Shown here: in pieces, positions 54,401 to 64,000 of the stretch | Layout: every line of letters begins with the position of its first letter | Numbering within the stretch: the first letter of the stretch is position 1 | The notes under the pieces: model-generated | What the model was told of the DNA's origin: nothing | The model's database searches: none | What the model saw: the letters and a program-made list of their open reading frames with translations, nothing else | Translations under genes and position numbers: made by a program | NCBI GenBank assembly: GCA_051362555.1 | Contig: CM120641.1 | Location: forward strand, 11,098,001 to 11,162,000 | Direction of reading: 5' to 3' | DNA length: 64,000 nt | Origin: Lingula anatina | Lineage: Eukaryota; Animalia; Brachiopoda

Positions 54401-57400
54401 AGTTGTTGCTGCCTGTGAAGTTACATCACCTGCAGTCACACCAGAGGCTTGTGTTGTAACATCTGCAGCTGCTGTGGTGCTTGCATCAGTAACAGCAGCT
54501 GTCTGTGCCTGTGTGGTTACATCGGCAGCAGCAGTAGTCTGGGCTTCAGTTGTTGCTGCCTGTGAAGTTACATCACCTGCGACAGTTGTAGTCTCTTGTG
54601 CAGTCACACCAGAGGCTTGTGTTGTAACATCTGCAGCTGCTGTGGTGCTTGCATCAGTAACAACGGCTGTCTGTGCCTGTGTGGTAACATCGGCAGCAGC
54701 AGTAGGCTGGGCTTGAGTTGTTGCTGCCTGTGAAGTTACATCACCTGCGACAGTTGTAGTCTCTTGTGCAGTCACACCAGAGGCTTGTGTTGTAACATCT
54801 GCAGCTGCTGTGGTGCTTGCATCAGTAACAGCAGCTGTCTGTGCCTGTGTGGTTACATCGGCAGCAGCAGTAGTCTGGGCTTGAGTTGTTGCTGCCTGTG
54901 AAGTTACATCACCTGCGACAGTTGTAGTCTCTTGTGCAGTCACACCAGAGGCTTGTGTTGTAACATCGGCAGCAGCAGTAGTCTGGGCTTGAGTTGTTGC
55001 TGCCTGTGAAGTTACATCACCTGCGACAGTTGTAGTCTCTTGTGCAGTCACACCAGAGGCTGGTGTTGTAACATCTGCAGCTGCTGTGGTGCTTGCATCA
55101 GTAACAGCAGCTGTCTGTGCCTGTGTGGTTACATCGGCAGCAGCAGTAGTCTGGGCGTCATTTGTTGCTGCCTGTGAAGTTACATCACCTGCGACAGTTG
55201 AAGTCTCTTGTGCAGTCACACCAGAGGCTTGTGTTGTAACATCTGCAGCTGCTGTGGTGCTTGCATCAGTAACAGCAGCTGTCTGTGCCTGTGTGGTTAC
55301 ATCGGCAGCAGCAGTAGTCTGGGCTTGAGTTGTTGCTGCCTGTGAAGTTACATCACCTGCGACAGTTGAAGTCTCTTGTGCAGTCACACCAGAGGCTTGT
55401 GTTGTAACATCTGCAGCTGCTGTGGTGCTTGCATCAGTAACAGCAGCTGTCTGTGCCTGTGTGGTTACATCAGCAGCAGCAGTAGTCTGGGCTTCAGTTG
55501 TTGCTGCCTGTGAAGTTACATCACCTGCGACAGTTGTAGTCTCTTGTGCAGTCACACCAGAGGCTTGTGTTGTAACATCTGCAGCTGCTGTGGTGCTTGC
55601 ATCAGTAACAGCAGCTGTCTGTGCCTGTGTGGTTACATCGGCAGCAGCAGTAGTCTGGGCTTGAGTTGTTGCTGCCTGTAAAGTTACATCACCTGCGACA
55701 GTTGAAGTCTCTTGTGCAGTCACACCAGAGGCTTGTGTTGTAACATCTGCAGCTGCTGTGGTGCTTGCATCAGTAACAGCAGCTGTCTGTGCCTGTGTGG
55801 TTACATCGGCAGCAGCAGTAGTCTGGGCTTGAGTTGTTGCTGCCTGTGAAGTTACATCACCAGCGACAGTTGTAGTCTCTTGTGCAATCACACCAGAGGC
55901 TTGTGTTGTAACATCTGCAGCTGCTGTGGTGCTTGCATCAGTAACAGCAGATGTCTGTGCCTGTGTGGTTACATCGGCAGCAGCAGTAGTCTGGGCTTGA
56001 GTTGCTGCTGCCTGTGAAGTTACATCACCTGCGACAGTTGTAGTCTCTTGTGCAGTCACACCAGAGGCTTGTGTTGTAACATCTGCAGCTGCTGTGGTGC
56101 TTGCATCAGTAACAGCAGCTGTCTGTGCCTGTGTGGTTACATCGGCAGCAGCAGTAGTCTGGGCTTCAGTTGTTGCTGCCTGTGAAGTTACATCACCTGC
56201 GACAGTTGTAGTCTCTTGTGCAGTCACACCAGAGGCTTGTGTTGTAACATCTGCAACTGCTGTGGTGCTTGCATCAGTAACAGCAGCTGTCTGTGCCTGT
56301 GTGGTTACATCAGCAGCAGCAGTAGTCTGGGCTTGAGTTGTTGCTGCCTGTGAAGTTACATCACCTGCGACAGTTGTAGTCTCTTGTGCAGTCACACCAG
56401 AGGCTTGTGTTGTAACATCTGCAGCTGCTGTGGTGCTTGCATCAGTAACAGCAGCTGTCTGTGCCTGTGTGGTTACATCGGCAGCAACAGTAGTCTGGGC
56501 TTGAGTTGTTGCTGCCTGTGAAGTTACATCACCTGCGACAGTTGTAGTCTCTTGTGCAGTCACACCAGAGGCTTGTGTTGTAACATCTGCAGCTGCTGTG
56601 GTGCTTGCATCAGTAACAGCAGCTGTCTGTGCCTGTGTGGTTACATTGGCAGCAGCAGTAGTCTGGGCTTGAGTTGTTGCTGCCTGTGAAGTTACATCAC
56701 CTGCGACAGTTGTAGTCTCTTGTGCAGTCACACCAGAGGCTTGTGTTGTAACATCTGCAGCTGCTGTGGTGCTTGCATCAGTAACAGCAGCTGTCTGTGC
56801 CTGTGTGGTAACATCGGCAGCAACAGTAGTCTGGGCTTGAGTTGTTGCTGCCTGTGAAGTTACATCACCTGCGACAGTTGTAGTCTCTTGTGCAGTCACA
56901 CCAGAGGCTTGTGTTGTAACATCTGCAGCTGCTGTGGTGCTTGCATCAGTAACAGCAGCTGTCTGTGCCTGTGTGGTTACATCAGCAGCAGCAGTAGTCT
57001 GGGCTTGAGTTGTTGCTGCCTGTGAAGTAACATCACCTGCGACAGTTGTAGTCTCTTGTGCAGTCACACCAGAGGCTTGTGTTGTAACATCTGCAGCTGC
57101 TGTGGTGCTTGCATCAGTAACAGCAGCTGTCTGTGCCTGTGTGGTTACATCGGCAGCAACAGTAGTCTGGGCTTGAGTTGTTGCTGCCTGTGAAGTTACA
57201 TCACCTGCGACAGTTGTAGTCTCTTGTGCAGTCACACCAGAGGCTTGTGTTGTAACATCTGCAGCTGCTGTGGTGCTTGCATCAGTAACAGCAGCTGTCT
57301 GTGCCTGTGTGGTTACATCGGCAGCAGCAGTAGTCTGGGCTTGAGTTGTTGCTGCCTGTGAAGTTACATCACCTGCGACAGTTGTAGTCTCTTGTGCAGT

Positions 57401-60400
57401 CACACCAGAGGCTTGTGTTGTAACATCTGCAGCTGCTGTGGTGCTTGCATCAGTAACAGCAGCTGTCTGTGCCTGTGTTGTTACATTAGCAGCAGCAGTA
57501 GTCTGCGCTTCAGTTGTTGCTGCCTGTGAAGTTACATCACCTGCGACAGTTGTAGTCTCTTGTGCAGTCACACCAGAGGCTTGTGTTGTAACATCTGCAG
57601 CTGCTGTGGTGCTTGCATCAGTAACAGCAGCTGTCTGTGCCTGTGTGGTTACATCGGCAGCAGCAGTAGTCTGGGCTTGAGTTGTTGCTGCCTGTGAAGT
57701 TACATCACCTGCAACGGTTGAAGTCTCTTGTGCAGTCACACCAGAGACTTGTGTTGTAACATCTGCAGCTGCTGTGGTGCTTGCATCAGTAACAGCAGCT
57801 GTCTGTGCCTGTGTGGTTACATCAGCAGCAGCAGTAGTCTGGGCTTGAGTTGTTGCTGGCTGTGAAGTTACATCACCTGCGACAGTTGTAGTCTCTTGTG
57901 CAGTCACACCAGAGGCTTGTGTTGTAACATCTGCAGCTGCTGTGGTGCTTGCATCAGTAACAGCAGCTGTCTGTGCCTGTGTGGTTACATCGGCAGCAGC
58001 ATTAGTCTGGGCTTGAGTTGTTGCTGCCTGTGAAGTTACATCACCTGCGACAGTTGTAGTCTCTTGTGCAGTCACACCAGAGGCTTGTGTTGTAACATCT
58101 GCAGCTGCTGTGGTGCTTGCATCAGTAACAGCAGCTGTCTGTGCCTGTGTGGTTACATCGGCAGCAGCATTAGTCTGGGCTTGAGTTGTTGCTGCCTGTG
58201 AAGTTACATCACCTGCGACAGTTGTAGTCTCTTGTGCAGTCACACCAGAGGCTTGTGTTGTAACATCTGCAGCTGCTGTGGTGCTTGCATCAGTAACAGC
58301 AGCTGTCTGTGCCTGTGTGGTTACATCGGCAGCAGCAGTAGTCTGGGCTTGAGTTGTTGCTGCCTGTGAAGTTACATCACCTGCGACAGTTGTAGTCTCT
58401 TGTACAGTCACACCAGAGGCTTGTGTTGTAACATCTGCAGCTGCTGTGGTGCTTGCATCAGTAACAACGGCTGTCTGTGCCTGTGTGGTAACATAGGCAG
58501 CAGCAGTAGTCTGGGCTTGAGTTGTTGCTGCCTGTGAAGTTACATCACCTGCGACAGTTGTAGTCTCTTGTGCAGTCACACCAGAGGCTTGTGTTGTAAC
58601 ATCTGCAGCTGCTGTGGTGCTTGCATCAGTAACAGCAGCTGTCTGTGCCTGTGTGGTTACATCGGCAGCAGCAGTAGTCTGGGCTTGAGTTGTTGCTGCC
58701 TGTGAAGTAACATCACCTGCGACAGTTGTAGTCTCTTGTGCAGTCACACCAGAGGCTTGTGTTGTAACATCGGCAGCAGCAGTAGTCTGGGCTTGAGTTG
58801 TTGCTGCCTGTGAAGTTACATCACCTGCGACAGTTGTAGTCTCTTGTGCAGTCACACCAGAGGCTGGTGTTGTAACATCTGCAGCTGCTGTGGTGCTTGC
58901 ATCAGTAACAGCAGCTGTCTGTGCCTGTGTGGTTACATCGGCAGCAGCAGTAGTCTGGGCGTCATTTGTTGCTGCCTGTGAAGTTACATCACCTGCGACA
59001 GTTGAAGTCTCTTGTGCAGTCACACCAGAGGCTTGTGTTGTAACATCTACAGCTGCTGTGGTGCTTGCATCAGTAACTGCAGCTGTCTGTGCCTGTGTGG
59101 TTACATCGGCAGCAGCAGTAGTCTGGGCTTGAGTTGTTGCTGCCTGTGAAGTTACATCACCTGCGACAGTTGAAGTCTCTTGTGCAGTCACACCAGAGGC
59201 TTGTGTTGTAACATCTGCAGCTGCTGTGGTGCTTGCATCAGTAACAGCAGCTGTCTGTGCCTGTGTGGTTACATCAGCAGCAGCAGTAGTCTGGGCTTCA
59301 GTTGTTGCTGCCTGTGAAGTTACATCACCTGCGACAGTTGTAGTCTCTTGTGCAGTCACACCAGAGGCTTGTGTTGTAACATCTGCAGCTGCTGTGGTGC
59401 TTGCATCAGTAACAGCAGCTGTCTGTGCCTGTGTGGTTACATCGGCAGCAGCAGTAGTCTGGGCTTGAGTTGTTGCTGCCTGTAAAGTTACATCACCTGC
59501 GACAGTTGAAGTCTCTTGTGCAGTCACACCAGAGGCTTGTGTTGTAACATCTGCAGCTGCTGTGGTGCTTGCATCAGTAACAGCAGCTGTCTGTGCCTGT
59601 GTGGTTACATCGGCAGCAGCAGTAGTCTGGGCTTCAGTTGTTGCTGCCTGTGAAGTTACATCACCTGCGACAGTTGTAGTCTCTTGTGCAGTCACACCAG
59701 AGGCTTGTGTTGTAACATCTGCAACTGCTGTGGTGCTTGCATCAGTAACAGCAGCTGTCTGTGCCTGTGTGGTTACATCAACAGCAGCAGTAGTCTGGGC
59801 TTCAGTTGTTGCTGCCTGTGAAGTTACATCACCTGCGACAGTTGTAGTCTCTTGTGCAGTCACACCAGAGGCTTGTGTTGTAACATCTGCAGCTGCTGTG
59901 GTGCTTGCATCAGTAACAGCAGCTGTCTGTGCCTGTGTGGTTACATCGGCAGCAGCAGTAGTCTGGGCTTGAGTTGTTGCTGCCTGTGAAGTTACATCAC
60001 CTGCGACAGTTGTAGTCTCTTGTGCAGTCACACCAGAGGCTTGTGTTGTAACATCTGCAGCTGCTGTGGTGCTTGCATCAGTAACAGCAGCTGTCTGTGC
60101 CTGTGTGGTTACATCGGCAGCAACAGTAGTCTGGGCTTGAGTTGTTGCTGCCTGTGAAGTTACATCACCTGCGACAGTTGTAGTCTCTTGTGCAGTCACA
60201 CCAGAGGCTTGTGTTGTAACATCTGCAGCTGCTGTGGTGCTTGCATCAGTAACAGCAGCTGTCTGTGCCTGTGTGGTTACATCGGCAGCAGCAGTAGTCT
60301 GGGCTTGAGTTGTTGCTGCCTGTGAAGTAACATCACCTGCGACAGTTGTAGTCTCTTGTGCAGTCACACCAGAGGCTTGTGTTGTAACATCTGCAGCTGC

Positions 60401-63400
60401 TGTGGTGCTTGCATCAGTAACAGCAGCTGTCTGTGCCTGTGTTGTTACATTAGCAGCAGCAGTAGTCTGGGCTTCAGTTGTTGCTGCCTGTGAAGTTACA
60501 TCACCTGCGACAGTTGTAGTCTCTTGTGCAGTCACACCAGAGGCTTGTGTTGTAACATCTGCAGCTGCTGTGGTGCTTGCATCAGTAACAGCAGCTGTCT
60601 GTGCCTGTGTGGTTACATCGGCAGCAGCAGTAGTCTGGGCTTGAGTTGTTGCTGCCTGTGAAGTTACATCACCTGCGACAGTTGTAGTCTCTTGTGCAGT
60701 CACACCAGAGACTTGTGTTGTAACATCTGCAGCTGCTGTGGTGCTTGCATCAGTAACAGCAGCTGTCTGTGCCTGTGTGGTTACATCAGCAGCAGCAGTA
60801 GTCTGGGCTTGAGTTGTTGCTGGCTGTGAAGTTACATCACCTGCGACAGTTGTAGTCTCTTGTGCAGTCACACCAGAGGCTTGTGTTGTAACATCTGCAG
60901 CTGCTGTGGTGCTTGCATCAGTAACAGCAGCTGTCTGTGCCTGTGTGGTTACATCGGCAGCAACAGTAGTCTGGGTTTGAGTTGTTGCTGCCTGTGAAGT
61001 TACATCACCTGCGACAGTTGTAGTCTCTTGTGCAGTCACACCAGAGGCTTGTGTTGTAACATCTGCAGCTGCTGTGGTGCTTGCATCAGTAACAGCAGCT
61101 GTCTGTGCCTGTGTGGTTACAACAGCAGCAGCAGTAGTCTGGGCTCGAGTTGTTGCTGCCTGTGAAGTTACATCACCTGCGACAGTTGTAGTCTCTTGTG
61201 CAGTCACACCAGAGGCTTGTGTTGTAACATCTGCAGCTGCTGTGGTGCTTGCATCAGTAACAGCAACTGGCTGTGCCTGTGTGATTACATCGGCAGCAGC
61301 AGTAGTCTGGGCTTGAGTTGTTGCTACCTGTGAAGTTACATCACCTGCGACAGTTGTAGTCTCTTGTGCAGTCACACCAGAGACTTGTGTTGTAACATCT
61401 GCAGCTGCTGTGGTGCTTGCATCAGTAACAGCAGCTGTCTGTGCCTGTGTGGTTACATCGGCAGCAACAGTAATCTGGGCTTGAGTTGTTGCTGCCTGTG
61501 AAATTACATCACCTGCGACAGTTGTAGTCTCTTGTGCAGTCACACCAGAGGCTTGTGTTGTAACATCTGCAGCTGCTGTGGTGCTTGCATCAGTAACAGC
61601 AGCTGTCTGTGCCTGTGTGGTTACATCGGCAGCAACAGTAGTCTGGGCTTGAGTTGTTGCTGCCTGTGAAGTTACATCACCTGCGACAGTTGTAGTCTCT
61701 TGTGCAGTTACACCAGAGGCTTGTGTTGTAACATCTGCAGCTGCTTTGGTGCTTGCATCAGTAACAGTAGCTGTCTGTGCCTGTGTGGTTACAACGGCAG
61801 CAGCAGTAGTCTGGGCTTGAGTTGTTGCTGCCTGTGAAGTTACATCACCTGCGACAGTTGTAGTCTCTTGTGCAGTCACACCAGAGGCTTGTGTTGTAAC
61901 ATCTGCAGCTGCTGTGGTGCTTGCATCAGTAACAGCAGCTGGCTGTGCCTGTGTGGTTACATCGGCAGCAGCAGTAGTCTGGGCTTGAGTTGTTGCTACC
62001 TGTGAAGTTACATCACCTGCGACAGTTGTAGTCTCTTGTGCAGTCACACCAGAGGCTTGTGTTGTAACATCTGCAGCTGCTGTGGTGCTTGCATCAGTAA
62101 CAGCAGCTGTCTGTGCCTGTGTGGTTACATCGGCAGCAGCAGTAGTCTGGGCTTGAGTTGTTGCTGCCTGTGAAGTTACATCACCTGCGACAGTTGTAGT
62201 CTCTTGTGCAGTCACACCAGAGGCTTGTGTTGTAACATCTGCAGCTGCTGTGGTGCTTGCATCAGTAACAGCAGCTGTCTGTGCCTGTGTGGTTACATCG
62301 GCAGCAGCAGTAGTCTGGGCTTGAGTTGTTGGTGCCTGTGAAGTTACATCACCTGCGACAGTTGTAGTCTCTTGTGCAGTCACACCAGAGGCTGGTGTTG
62401 TAACATCTGCAGCTGCTGTGGTGCTTGCATCAGTAACAGCAGCTGTCTGTGCCTGTGTGGTTACATCGGCAGCAGCAGTAGTCTGGGCGTCATTTGTTGC
62501 TGCCTGTGAAGTTACATCACCTGCGACAGTTGAAGTCTCTTGTGCAGTCACACCAGAGGCTTGTGTTGTAACATCTACAGCTGCTGTGGTGCTTGCATCA
62601 GTAACTGCAGCTGTCTGTGCCTGTGTGGTTACATCGGCAGCAGCAGTAGTCTGGGCTTGAGTTGTTGCTGCCTGTGAAGTTACATCACCTGCGACAGTTG
62701 AAGTCTCTTGTGCAGTCACACCAGAGGCTTGTGTTGTAACATCTGCAGCTGCTGTGGTGCTTGCATCAGTAACAGCAGCTGTCTGTGCCTGTGTGGTTAC
62801 ATCGGCAGCAGCAGTAGTCTGGGCTTGAGTTGCTGCTGCCTGTAAAGTTACATCACCTGCGACAGTTGAAGTCTCTTGTGCAGTCACACCAGAGGCTTGT
62901 GTTGTAACATCTGCAGCTGCTGTGGTGCTTGCATCAGTAACAGCAGCTGTCTGTGCCTGTGTGGTTACATCGGCAGCAGCAGTAGTCTGGGCTTGAGTTG
63001 TTGCTGCCTGTGAAGTTACATCACCTGCGACAGTTGTAGTCTCTTGTGCAGTCACACCAGAGGCTTGTGTTGTAACATCGGCAGCAGCAGTAGTCTGGGC
63101 TTGAGTTGTTGCTGCCTGTGAAGTTACATCACCTGCGACAGTTGTAGTCTCTTGTGCAGTCACACCAGAGGCTGGTGTTGTAACATCTGCAGCTGCTGTG
63201 GTGCTTGCATCAGTAACAGCAGCTGTTTGTGCCTGTGTGGTTACATCGGCAGCAGCAGTAGTCTGGGCTTGAGTTGTTGCTGCCTGTGAAGTTACATCAC
63301 CTGCGACAGTTGAAGTCTCTTGTGCAGTCACACCAGAGGCTTGTGTTGTAACATCTGCAGCTGCTGTGGAGCTTGCATCAGTAACAGCAGCTGTCTGTGC

Positions 63401-64000
63401 CTGTGTGGTTATATCGGCAGCAGCAGTAGTCTGGGCTTGAGTTGTTGCTGCCTGAGAAATTACATCACCTGTGACAGTTGAAGTCTCTTGTGCAGTCACA
63501 CCAGAGGCTTGTGTTGTAACATCTGCAGCTGCTGTGGTGCTTGCATCAGTAACAGGAGCTGTCTGTGCCTGTGTGGTTACATCGGCAGCAGCAGTAGTCT
63601 GGGCTTGAGTTGTTGCTGCCTGTGAAGTTACATCACCTGCGACAGTTGTAGTTTCTTGTGCAGTTACACCAGAGGCTTGTGTTGTAACATCTGCAGCTGC
63701 TGTGGTGCTTGCATCAGTAACAGCAGCTGTCTGTGCCTGTGTGGTTACATCGGCAGCAGCAGTAGTCTGGGCTTCAGTTGTTGCTGCCTGTGAAGTTACA
63801 TCACCTGCGACAGTTGTAGTCTCTTGTGCAGTCACACCAGAGGCTTGTGTTGTAACATCTGCAGCTGCTGTGGTGCTTGCATCAGTAACAACGGCTGTCT
63901 GTGCCTGTGTGGTAACATCGGCAGCAGCAGTAGTCTGGGCTTGAGTTGTTGCTGCCTGTGAAGTTACATCACCTGTGACAGTTGTAGTCTCTTGTGCAGT
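3433..64000 (-). CDS. Giant coding exon (5' end outside window): mucin-like Thr/Ala-rich tandem-repeat domain (>=20,189 codons) plus linker and start of the NIDO region of a MUC4-like mucin
   Basis: One reading frame is open from the window edge (64000) to 3410; the track's start at 63835 is just an internal GTG (Val). Consensus unit QETTTVAGDVTSQAATTQAQTTAAADVTTQAQTAAVTDASTTAAADVTTQASGVTA. Unique tail FLSNLTTEVATSEFFNMFPFGITAGDYFLEAPVSIGIPIGSG ends at a strong donor CAG|GTACGT (3433/3432, phase 1). FPFG-x3-GD-x2-L matches the segment preceding NIDO in nidogen (LFPFG..GD..L) and MUC4 (LFPYG..GD). Confidence 0.88.
3557..64000 (-). repeat. Coding tandem array of 168-bp units (~368 units including ~23 shortened 108-bp units)
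   Basis: Periodicity is directly visible (e.g. gaagttacatcacctgcgacagttgtagtctcttgtgcagtcacaccagaggc recurs every 168 bp). Units usually differ by 0-4 substitutions. Unit count estimated from array length corrected for the deletions seen. Confidence 0.97.

Noticed and set aside
3407-63835. ORF-track call of a complete intronless 20,142-aa protein, or a bacterial giant adhesin
   Set aside because: The start is an internal Val and the frame runs off the window. A canonical donor at 3433, spliceosomal introns and microsatellites indicate a eukaryotic multi-exon gene.
5808-63944. Dozens of 80-aa (one 136-aa) plus-strand ORFs MVLASVTAAVCACVV…, superficially a hydrophobic multigene family
   Set aside because: Antisense shadow of the mucin frame. 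That frame has one TGA per unit (gct-tga), and an ORF appears only where a variant (mostly Q>E/D) removes it. Starts are GTG, with no gene structure.
3557-64000. Antisense frames interrupted mainly by TGA, suggesting selenocysteine or recoded read-through
   Set aside because: The regular TGA is the complement of sense-strand sequence. There is no sign of a SECIS or alternative code, and the minus frame fully explains the sequence.
3557-64000. Centromeric satellite (168 bp is close to the 171-bp alpha satellite) or CRISPR array
   Set aside because: No unique spacers. The unit is a multiple of 3, stop-free, and fused in frame to a NIDO-coding linker, so the length similarity looks coincidental.
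3557-64000. Antifreeze glycoprotein or type I antifreeze protein similarity (Ala/Thr-rich)
   Set aside because: No strict (Ala-Ala-Thr)n tripeptide or 11-residue Thr periodicity, and no polyprotein cleavage spacers; the similarity is only compositional.

Overview
Eukaryotic (metazoan) genomic DNA carrying part of one minus-strand, intron-containing gene. Its dominant feature is an uninterrupted coding exon of at least 60.5 kb (3433 to beyond 64000). The exon is made of about 368 tandem copies of a 168-bp/56-aa Thr/Ala/Gln/Val/Asp-rich, essentially proline-free mucin-like repeat. It ends in a short unique linker (…MFPFGITAGDYFL…) and splices through four GT-AG introns with consistent phases (1,0,2,0) into four small exons (1658-1591, 1315-1155, 754-601, 152-<1) that I translated by hand into a NIDO domain. 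The architecture is therefore MUC4-like (mucin tandem-repeat domain followed by NIDO), with a repeat domain of at least 20,100 aa. Both gene ends lie outside the window. The array shows higher-order duplications (672 bp to 10.7 kb), only in-frame indels, no stop codons and CpG decay. The largest intron holds a (TA)n(TG)n microsatellite, a 24-bp tandem repeat, a MITE-like palindrome and a stop+AATAAA just past the donor of the giant exon. The many 80-aa plus-strand ORFs are antisense artefacts of the repeat. The species cannot be determined from this window, and the array length needs long-read confirmation.
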